This document shows, one piece after another, positions 1 through 6,631 of a stretch of DNA of 32,000 nucleotides (its first letter is position 1; each line of letters begins with the position of its first letter). The stretch comes from Thermofilum pendens Hrk 5 (lineage in GTDB: Archaea > Thermoproteota > Thermoprotei > Thermofilales > Thermofilaceae). The stretch covers positions 600,001 through 632,000 of the forward strand of contig NC_008698.1 of the NCBI RefSeq assembly GCF_000015225.1, read 5' to 3'. A program made the position numbers and the translations under genes. The notes under the pieces were generated by a model. It was not told where the DNA came from. It was given only the letters and a program-made list of their open reading frames with translations, and did not search any database.

Positions 1-204
1 ACCTCCCACTGTGCGCGTCGAAATCGAGGTTATCTGAAGCTAAGCCTTGTACGTCTTCTTCAAGGTTCCTCTGCATTCTCCACTAAGCTCCAAGCGCGGA
101 ATGGAAGATTTTCCGAAGACGTATCGTTTCTATAAACGGTCTCCAGTTGTACTCGGTAGCCGCAAACCCGGTAGCTGTATGAAGGAATGACAAGCCACTC
201 GAGG

Positions 205-218
205 AAAAGTATAAAAAC
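205..218 (+). promoter_or_regulatory. TATA-like box upstream of tRNA-Arg
   Basis: AT-rich AAAAGTATAAAAAC about 35-45 nt upstream of the tRNA 5' end at 252. This fits an archaeal TATA at about -26 plus a short pre-tRNA leader. Confidence 0.45.
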
Positions 219-251
219 ATGGATTCAGAGACGACTTCTGGATTAGAATTA

Positions 252-348
252 GGGCCCGTAGCGCAGTCAGGAAGCGCGGCGGCCACGCCTGCAGGGCGCC
301 GCAGTCCTAAGCCGCAGGTCCCGGGTTCGATTCCCGGCGGGCCCGCCA
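252..348 (+). tRNA. tRNA-Arg(CCU) with one 20-nt intron (285-304) at non-canonical position 32/33
   Basis: Cloverleaf folded by eye. Acceptor GGGCCCG/CGGGCCC (252-258/338-344), D stem GCGC/GCGC, anticodon stem GCGGC/GCCGC (279-283/311-315), variable AGGTC, T arm CCGGG-TTCGATT-CCCGG, G73 and an encoded CCA. The 27 nt between the anticodon-stem strands resolve to loop C|UCCUAA plus a 20-nt intron. Both splice sites sit in 3-nt bulges flanking a perfect 4-bp helix (279-282 with 299-302), with an inner 4-bp helix (286-289 with 295-298). Confidence 0.8.
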
Positions 349-361
349 CACGGGCGGGGTT

Positions 362-964
362 CTAGTCCGCGTTTTCTATAGCTACGCGGGAGTGAGGCCC
401 GGCGATTACTGCGCTTACACCGTACACGTCGTCGAGAATCAGCGTGAAAGGGGTGAAGTCCCCCTCTGCTATACTGTCTAGGAGTTTGACCATGTCGTCT
501 ACCCGGGCTTCTTCGTCCAGGGTCTTCAAGCGTAGCAAGGCGTCCTTGAAGAGTTGTAGCACTCCTTCCACGTTCGTTACAAACATTTCTGCGTCAAGTC
601 CCGGGCGTAGCTCTAGGCCTAGCTCGGGTATGAATATTCTAGCGGTAGGCGACCTAACTACCTTTATGTAGAGATCCTCCTTTTTTTCCACCCTTAAGTA
701 CACGCGGGTGTGTCTCTGGAAGGACAGAGGCACTATGTCTGTTCTCTTATAACCGCACTTCGCGCACTTCTTCGAGACAAGCAATGTCTTTCCCAGGCTG
801 GGCAGCATGTACTCTACTTCTCTTACCTTCAGAGGTCCGCCGCACACAGGGCAAACGTCTTCAAACTCGCCGAGCAACCTCCCGTACTCTGTCACGTTCT
901 CTCCGTCTCCTGCTACCTGCTCGACACCTTCAACGCCACCCTCCCCGGAACTCTGGGACGACAT
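362..964 (-). CDS. ZPR1-type zinc-finger protein (archaeal COG1779-like)
   Basis: 200-aa ORF with CPVCGG...CAKCGY zinc ribbon followed by a beta-rich ZPR1-like domain. TATA-like CTTAATAAGTA lies about 25-35 nt upstream on the minus strand (988-998). Confidence 0.75.
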   Translation of the reverse strand: MSSQSSGEGGVEGVEQVAGDGENVTEYGRLLGEFEDVCPVCGGPLKVREVEYMLPSLGKTLLVSKKCAKCGYKRTDIVPLSFQRHTRVYLRVEKKEDLYIKVVRSPTARIFIPELGLELRPGLDAEMFVTNVEGVLQLFKDALLRLKTLDEEARVDDMVKLLDSIAEGDFTPFTLILDDVYGVSAVIAGPHSRVAIENAD

Positions 965-1045
965 CCGGATCCGCCACGTGCCCCGCGCGGCGTACTTATT
1001 AAGACGAGCAAAGCTTTATTTCTCTTTGCAGGCTTTTTGACTCTC

Positions 1046-1432
1046 GTGGAGCGAGAGGATAAGGAGGTAGTCTCTAGAATGGCTAACTTGCTCAAGTCTG
1101 GTGCCACGATGCTGGAAACTCTCTGCCCTACGTGCAGGGTTCCGCTCTTCCGCTTAAAGTCAGGAGAAGTGGTATGCCCCAAGTGTGGGCAACGCTACGT
1201 GATCGTAGCGAGCGAAGAGGAAGAGCACAGAGTGAAGGTAGATCTCGTACTCCTTGGTCTTGAACAGGTTACGGTGCAGAAGATAAGTAGTCTTAGCGCC
1301 TCTCTTGCGTCCTCGGAGACCTTCGACGAGATAACCGAGGTTAGCAGAGCTATAATCACGCTCCTACAGGTGCTACAACTTTCTAGGCAGATTAGAGGTT
1401 CGGAGAAAGGTGTACAGGAGAAAGGCAAGTGA
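1046..1432 (+). CDS. UPF0148 / autoantigen-p27-like Zn-ribbon protein
   Basis: MANLLKSGATMLETLCPTCRVPLFRLKSGEVVCPKCG is the typical family core. I place the start at in-frame GTG 1046 (alternative ATG 1079) because TATA-like AAAGCTTTATTTC sits about 25-30 nt upstream. The N-terminal 112 codons of the 710..1432 track ORF are antisense to the ZPR1 gene. Confidence 0.7.
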   Translation: MEREDKEVVSRMANLLKSGATMLETLCPTCRVPLFRLKSGEVVCPKCGQRYVIVASEEEEHRVKVDLVLLGLEQVTVQKISSLSASLASSETFDEITEVSRAIITLLQVLQLSRQIRGSEKGVQEKGK

Positions 1433-2117
1433 TGAGGTTCACGTCGTATACAGCGAGGAGACATGGAGGGTCTTCAGGGAGTTACGGGAGAAGGCGCGCG
1501 TGGCATTGCGGTGCTTGGACGTGTTGCGGATACCTGTGTACGTCGTTGGCAGCGTCGCTCGGGGCGACGTCACGAGAAAGAGTGATGTTGACCTCTTTCT
1601 GGAACGATGTGTTGCCCCATCGTATGTTACCGGCTTGCTCGAGGAATGTGGATTCTTGGTCGAAAAATACGAAGTCATATGGGCTTCACCACAGACAGCA
1701 GTGAAGCTAGTGATCCACGTAGAGGATAACGTCAAGGTGACTTTACCTGTCACCGATCTTTCGCCAGCAGAGAAGGAGTTCCCCCGATTCGCGGGAAGCG
1801 TGACCTCGGAAGACGTGGACGCTGGGAGAAGGGTAGCCGGGGTGAACAAGTTCTTGAGGTTCATCGAGCCAACCGAGGATGGCCACGTAGAGTGGTCTAT
1901 ACTGGGGCGCGAGGAGGAAGTCGCGAGGAGGCTGGGCATTTCGCTGGGCACTGTTCTCGAGAGAGAAGCTATGAGGATGAAGAGGTGGGCGAGGGGGAAG
2001 AGTGGCTTCCTGGTACACGAGTGTCTTGACCCTAGGCTCTCCCCAGAAGATCTGTTGAGGCGACTAGCTACTCGGAACCAGCTGTTACGCAAGAAACTCG
2101 AAGGCGTAATGTTCTAG
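1410..2117 (+). CDS. Pol-beta-superfamily nucleotidyltransferase domain protein with C-terminal HTH-like segment
   Basis: GSVARGDVTRKSDVDLF matches the GS-x(n)-DxD minimal nucleotidyltransferase signature. The C-terminal EEVARRLGISLGTVLERE looks like a helix-turn-helix. GTG start overlaps the upstream gene by 23 nt, suggesting an operon. Confidence 0.7.
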   Translation: MYRRKASDEVHVVYSEETWRVFRELREKARVALRCLDVLRIPVYVVGSVARGDVTRKSDVDLFLERCVAPSYVTGLLEECGFLVEKYEVIWASPQTAVKLVIHVEDNVKVTLPVTDLSPAEKEFPRFAGSVTSEDVDAGRRVAGVNKFLRFIEPTEDGHVEWSILGREEEVARRLGISLGTVLEREAMRMKRWARGKSGFLVHECLDPRLSPEDLLRRLATRNQLLRKKLEGVMF

Positions 2118-2241
2118 TTTCATGTATATAACGTGGGGGGCGAAAAATCAATGCGCTTTACGGCTAGGATAGAAAAATTAGCTTTTTATCTTCGATTGTA
2201 TTTTCTCATGGTGTTGATGAAGGAGGTGATCTCTGAGTAAA

Positions 2242-4134
2242 ATGATGACCGACTATGGGGGGCTGAACGACAGCTATCTCAGTATATCTTTTCGTAAGAG
2301 AAGAACCCTGACGGAGGCGGAGTTCAGAGAGTTCTTGGAGCTTGCGAGAAAGGTGGCGAACTACGACCCAGAAAGCAAGGAGTGGAGGATTTCTGTGGAG
2401 AAGGTTTCCTCGCTAGACAACGAGCTGGAAGAAGTACTCGAAAAGCTGAAGAAACTGTCAACCTTGAGTGACGCGGATCTTCAGAGGGTGGTCGCATATA
2501 CCCGTGGGAGGAGCGCGGGTAGGGTTTGCTGGATAGGCTACGATCTAAGGGTGAAGGGTTTGCCTCCCACCGTCGTGGAGGCACTGCGGAATGACACGAC
2601 TCTAGGCGGGCTCTTCCTAGTGGAGGGACAGACGCCGAGGTTGCGTTCCGTGCTTTTTCTCCACGAAGCATCACGCGCTTTGAAGGAGAAGTTCAACGTT
2701 TCTTTAAGCTTCGACGAGAAGATGACCAGCGTGGAGGTGCGTAGGGAGAATGGCGTGCTTGTCTGGCGTTTCCAGTACCTTGACAAGGTGCTAGCTGAGA
2801 AGCTTGTAGAGGCCTCGACGTTGAAATTCTTCGTAGAGAAGGCAGTGCTAAACGAGGAGGGTGAGTTCGAAGGCACGGAACTCGTTGAGAGAAGAATGAG
2901 GACTGCACACGTCGACTGGCAGAGGAAGGAAGTCTCGACACCGGTGGCTCTACTAGATAGCCTTAAAACCTTTCTCGAAGCGCACGGCTTTAGGGTTCTC
3001 GTCTCGATAGAGGAGAAGCCGCCCATAACTGTTCCCCTTGAACACAACTTTAAGCTCTTACCGCACCAGGTAGAAGCGTATAAACAATGGACGAGGAAAC
3101 GTAGGGGCACCATTTCGATATTTACTAGAGGGGGGAAGTCGTTCATAGCACTCGAAGCTATCTACTCGCTGAGAAAGCCTACCATAGTCTTTGTCACTAC
3201 TCAGGAACTCGTTGAAACTTGGATTAGCTACTTCGAGAAGTACCTTGGGCTACCGCGCTCATTTGTAGGTGTTCTTGGCGGGGGAGAGCAGAAAATAAGG
3301 GAGATCACGGTCGCAACCTACAGCAGTGCGGTTAAGTACATAGATCTCATTAAGTCAAGGTTTGAGCTAGCGATATTTGACGAGGCTCACCACGTACCGG
3401 CGGCTACGTTCAAGCAGGTAGCGCTTGGTGTCGATGCCCTGTACAGAATGGCCCTTTCCGCCACTCCCGAGCGGAGGGATAGGAACGAAGGGCTTCTTTT
3501 CACGCTGTGCGGAGGTTTGCTGTACCGGCTTACGTACGAAGATCTCGTGAGGCTTAAGGTCGTAGCTCCCATAGAGGTCCTGGATGCCGTCTTCGTGGAG
3601 GGACCAGAGGAAAAGAAGAAGAAGCTCCTGGAGATTCTGCGCCGACATGCCGACGGAAAAGTAATCGTGTACACGCAGTACCTCCAGACTGCGGAAGATG
3701 TCTATGACTTGCTGAGGAGGAACGGCTTTAACGCGGAGATAGTAACAGGGGATACACCGGCGCACAAAAGAGAGCTCGCCTTCAAGAACTTTGTCGAGGG
3801 CAGGTCTAACGTAATAGTCACGACTACCGTCCTCGATGAGGGAATAACTGTGCCGGACGCCGACGTCGCCGTGATCTACGAGGGGACAGGCGAAGGAAGA
3901 CAGATGATACAGAGGATAGGGAGAGTTCTAGGCTATTACCCCGGGAAGACGGCCAAGGTGTACGAGATAGTCGACTTAACGAACCCCAGAGAGAAATCAG
4001 CCTATAGGCGCAGGTCGTGGGTTAGAGAGCTTTACAGGGTCAGGGGTCTAGAGGAAATTGTGAGGAGAGTTAAAGAAGGGGACGAGGAGGGGTATAAGCC
4101 CAGCTATCAGTTTCGCATAGATTACTTTGATTAG
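2242..4134 (+). CDS. SF2 DEAH-box helicase, XPB/Rad25 (ERCC3)-like, with about 280-aa uncharacterised N-terminal region
   Basis: Walker A TRGGKS, Walker B FDEAHH, motif III SATP followed by RED-like ERRDRNEG, motif V TTTVLDEGITVPDA and motif VI QRIGRVLG. A near-perfect SD AGGAGGTGATC (2221-2231) lies 10 nt upstream of the ATG. Confidence 0.8.
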   Translation: MMTDYGGLNDSYLSISFRKRRTLTEAEFREFLELARKVANYDPESKEWRISVEKVSSLDNELEEVLEKLKKLSTLSDADLQRVVAYTRGRSAGRVCWIGYDLRVKGLPPTVVEALRNDTTLGGLFLVEGQTPRLRSVLFLHEASRALKEKFNVSLSFDEKMTSVEVRRENGVLVWRFQYLDKVLAEKLVEASTLKFFVEKAVLNEEGEFEGTELVERRMRTAHVDWQRKEVSTPVALLDSLKTFLEAHGFRVLVSIEEKPPITVPLEHNFKLLPHQVEAYKQWTRKRRGTISIFTRGGKSFIALEAIYSLRKPTIVFVTTQELVETWISYFEKYLGLPRSFVGVLGGGEQKIREITVATYSSAVKYIDLIKSRFELAIFDEAHHVPAATFKQVALGVDALYRMALSATPERRDRNEGLLFTLCGGLLYRLTYEDLVRLKVVAPIEVLDAVFVEGPEEKKKKLLEILRRHADGKVIVYTQYLQTAEDVYDLLRRNGFNAEIVTGDTPAHKRELAFKNFVEGRSNVIVTTTVLDEGITVPDADVAVIYEGTGEGRQMIQRIGRVLGYYPGKTAKVYEIVDLTNPREKSAYRRRSWVRELYRVRGLEEIVRRVKEGDEEGYKPSYQFRIDYFD

Positions 4135-4208
4135 TTGATACATGTTACGTGTTACTCGTGCACAAAGATTTTTAAAACTCGCTTTTGAATGGATGGCTTG
4201 GTGTGTAG

Positions 4209-4832
4209 ATGAGTGCAAGGGCAAAGACGAAGGACAAGTGGTCGATGAAGAAGTGGATAAAGGTACTCGCTCCTAAGGCCTTTGGCTTCGCAAACCTAGG
4301 GCTGATACCCGCTGATGAGCCGGAGAAAGCTCTTGGACGCACTGTAGAGGTCAGCTTCTACGACATAACTAAGGATGTCTCTCAGCTACACATCAAGCTA
4401 AAGTTCCAGATAGTCAAGGTGGACGATGGAATAGCACTGACACAGCTTAAACTGATGGAGATGACTAGGGACTATATAAGGAGCCTTGTCAGGAGGGGTA
4501 CGAGCCGCGTGGACGCTATACTGGACGTGCAGACAAAGGACGGAGTGAAGATGCGTGTAATGGCTCTGGCAGTGACCGTTAGCAGGATTAAGACTTCGCA
4601 GAAGAAAGCCATAAGGAGGATAATGTTCGACATAATAAGCGAGAAAGCGGCTAGCCTGGACTTTGACACGTTCATCCAGCAAGCAGTCATAGGCACGATG
4701 GCCACCGAAATGCAGATGCAGGCGAAGAAGATATACCCCATCAAGAAAGTCGAGGTCTACAAGATAAAGGTGCTAACACCTACCACCGAGATTCCGCTAG
4801 CCCTCCCGGAGCAGGTATTGGCGAAGCACTAA
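4209..4832 (+). CDS. rps3ae: 30S ribosomal protein eS1 (S3Ae)
   Basis: N-terminus KDKWSMKKWIKVLAPKAFG and overall 207-aa length are typical of archaeal S3Ae. TATA-like AGATTTTTAAAAC lies about 30-40 nt upstream. Confidence 0.92.
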   Translation: MSARAKTKDKWSMKKWIKVLAPKAFGFANLGLIPADEPEKALGRTVEVSFYDITKDVSQLHIKLKFQIVKVDDGIALTQLKLMEMTRDYIRSLVRRGTSRVDAILDVQTKDGVKMRVMALAVTVSRIKTSQKKAIRRIMFDIISEKAASLDFDTFIQQAVIGTMATEMQMQAKKIYPIKKVEVYKIKVLTPTTEIPLALPEQVLAKH

Positions 4833-5821
4833 CGCGCACCGCTACGTTGCGTACAGAGGTACCTGAAGAGCCTTTCGATTACCTCGTTGACTATCGCTCT
4901 GGACATTCGTCCATGGGCTTTCCTATCGGTTGTCTTTACTCCGGCGGCCCCCGCGTGACCGCCCCCCTCAGCGCCCAGGGCGGAGGCCACGGATTGCGCT
5001 ATTTCTCCTGCGTCTATACCGGCTTTCTGCAGCTCATCGGACACGCGTATACTTAGCCTGGACTCCTTTTTTCCTCCCACGACAACGGCTAAATCGGCGC
5101 CGGCGCTTACAAGTAGCCGTGCTACGTTCGCCTCGTTAGCACTTACCTCGGTAAACGCTACTATGTACCCGCAAACCTCGAATACGGAGGCCCTGAGTAA
5201 ACCCTTCAGCTTCGCCAGCTTTTCGGAGCGAGGCTCCTCCTCTACTAGAAGGCTGTGCGCCAGCCTGTAGTCTCCACCGCTGTCTAAAAGCCATGAAAGA
5301 ACCCTGAACGTGTTGCTAGAAGCGAAGAGAAGTTTCTTCGTGTCGTAGAGAATGCCAGCTATGCCTAGAGTTGCCAGTGTAGCGCACACGTTTACACCTT
5401 CGTCCATAAGGATCCTCGCGGCTATCACGGCGCTCGCGGGCTCTCTCTCTACTACTGCCAGCTTTGCGAGGGGTACAAGCTTCCCCTCGGGGAAGTGGTG
5501 GTCTACCACCACTAGGGTCACGCTAGGATCGGAGAATTTTTCGGCGAGCTCGCGTAGCTGGGAGGGATTAGAGAAGTCGCAGAGAATGAATGTCCGCGTA
5601 TCCTCGGGGCATTCCCTCTGCCAGCTCATCCCCAGCCTGCCCAGAATAGTCTTTGAAACACTACTAATACCCCCGGGAAAACACAGATGGGCCTCTAGCC
5701 CTACCTCTTCGACGAGCCTAGCCATGAGGTAGGCGCATGCCAAGCCGTCGGGATCCGTGTTCACGTGAGAAGTAACGACTACAGCGCCTCGGAGTGTGCT
5801 GAGAAACTCGCGAAGCTTCAT
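4829..5821 (-). CDS. DHH/DHHA1 family phosphoesterase (NrnA/RecJ-like)
   Basis: Motifs SHVNTDPDG (DxD), VVVDHH (DHH) and GGGHAGAAG (DHHA1 GGGH). 330 aa. Confidence 0.85.
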   Translation of the reverse strand: MKLREFLSTLRGAVVVTSHVNTDPDGLACAYLMARLVEEVGLEAHLCFPGGISSVSKTILGRLGMSWQRECPEDTRTFILCDFSNPSQLRELAEKFSDPSVTLVVVDHHFPEGKLVPLAKLAVVEREPASAVIAARILMDEGVNVCATLATLGIAGILYDTKKLLFASSNTFRVLSWLLDSGGDYRLAHSLLVEEEPRSEKLAKLKGLLRASVFEVCGYIVAFTEVSANEANVARLLVSAGADLAVVVGGKKESRLSIRVSDELQKAGIDAGEIAQSVASALGAEGGGHAGAAGVKTTDRKAHGRMSRAIVNEVIERLFRYLCTQRSGAR

Positions 5822-5833
5822 AGATGCTCAGCC

Positions 5834-6127
5834 TCACAGGCCCTGAAGCCCGGCTTTCCTTAACTCTTCCTCCGCTTTTTTCAGGTATTTAGACACAACG
5901 CGGTTCAAGGTATCCTCAAGCGTTTTCTTATCGTACAGCTTTGAGGAAACCTCTACGTCTAGCCTAAAGTCGTACGGCCAGTCCTCGTCTACCTCTACCT
6001 TGATTGTTAACTGGAGCTCAGGATCCTCGCTTAAAGCTTCCTGAAGTTCCCTGTACATCTCCTCTAGTACAAGCATGGAAACTCTCTCCAACTCCTCAAG
6101 GTCTTCTCGCTTACTGCGCCCTCTCAA
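5834..6127 (-). CDS. Small acidic hypothetical protein, co-oriented with prefoldin beta
   Basis: 97-aa ORF, E/D/K-rich, with a 5-nt gap to the upstream pfdB stop, suggesting co-transcription. I see no recognisable motif. Confidence 0.5.
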   Translation of the reverse strand: MRGRSKREDLEELERVSMLVLEEMYRELQEALSEDPELQLTIKVEVDEDWPYDFRLDVEVSSKLYDKKTLEDTLNRVVSKYLKKAEEELRKAGLQGL

Positions 6128-6132
6128 GCCAT

Positions 6133-6474
6133 CTACCCTGCTCCACTACTGGTTGGCAAAGCGGACCTCAGTTGCTTTTCCAGGCTCGCAAGGCGCTCTC
6201 GCAGGAGCTTTTCCCGCTTAGTAAACTCTTCCAGCCTGAGCTGAAGAAGCTCCTTCTCAGAGTTCAGTTCTTTCATAACCTCCTCTCTCGGCGTCTGTAT
6301 GAGTATATTACCCATGGATCGGTAAACGAAGCCTCCCTGGGACTGTTCAAGAGCTTTCAGCGTGCGCTCGATCTCGAGGAGCCTTCCCCTGTACTGCTGT
6401 ATGCTTAGGGTAACGGCTCTTAGCTCTTCCAGGGTTTGCTGATACTTAGCTATCGTCTGCTGGTCAACGCTCAT
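6133..6474 (-). CDS. pfdB: Prefoldin beta subunit
   Basis: 113 aa with two heptad coiled-coil arms flanking a central beta-hairpin region (GGFVYRSMGNILIQ). TATA-like TTTTTATAGC lies about 30-40 nt upstream on the minus strand (about 6508-6520). Confidence 0.85.
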   Translation of the reverse strand: MSVDQQTIAKYQQTLEELRAVTLSIQQYRGRLLEIERTLKALEQSQGGFVYRSMGNILIQTPREEVMKELNSEKELLQLRLEEFTKREKLLRERLASLEKQLRSALPTSSGAG

Positions 6475-6525
6475 ACATGCTCGTAGTTTTTCTGCTTATG
6501 CGCTATAAAAACACTGCTCTCCTTC

Positions 6526-6546
6526 GATCTCTTCTGGTGAGAGATC
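6526..6546. repeat. Perfect 7-bp inverted repeat GATCTCT-N7-AGAGATC between divergent promoters
   Basis: Read directly: GATCTCT (6526-6532), 7-nt spacer, AGAGATC (6540-6546). A second inverted repeat AGAGGC-N13-GCCTCT lies at about 6561-6585. Confidence 0.6.
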
Positions 6547-6596
6547 CTTTCACCGCGAGTAGAGGCCTCATTCACGTGTGCCTCTGTGCAATCGGC

Positions 6597-6610
6597 TTAC
6601 ATTTATATCG
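6597..6610 (+). promoter_or_regulatory. TATA box of the surface glycoprotein gene (leaderless start)
   Basis: TTACATTTATATCG is centred about 27 nt upstream of GTG 6632. Confidence 0.55.
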
Positions 6611-6631
6611 TTCTAAAGTTTAGAAATCCCG

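Noticed and set aside
1-76. Possible gene fragments at the left edge: a plus-frame ending PPTVRVEIEVI-stop at 37, or a minus-strand start MQRNLEEDVQGL at 76
   Set aside because: Both are too short to evaluate and have no motif. Either or neither could be real, so I did not report them as features.
83-349. 88-aa minus-strand ORF
   Set aside because: It runs antisense through the tRNA-Arg gene and its promoter. Its composition (PGIEPGTCGLGLRRPAG) simply mirrors the GC-rich tRNA, so it is spurious.
710-1045. N-terminal 112 codons of the 240-aa track ORF 710..1432
   Set aside because: This part is antisense to the well-supported ZPR1 gene and precedes the TATA box. The conserved UPF0148 core starts near 1046/1079.
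2208-2240. 10-codon uORF (MVLMKEVISE) ending 1 nt before the helicase ATG, and a 12-codon uORF (16386-16424, MAFKAIAQGEPG) overlapping the top6B ATG as ATGA
   Set aside because: Both main ORFs have SD-like motifs at normal spacing (AGGAGGTGATC and GGTGA), which suffices to explain initiation. The uORFs are short, unconserved-looking, and may be chance.
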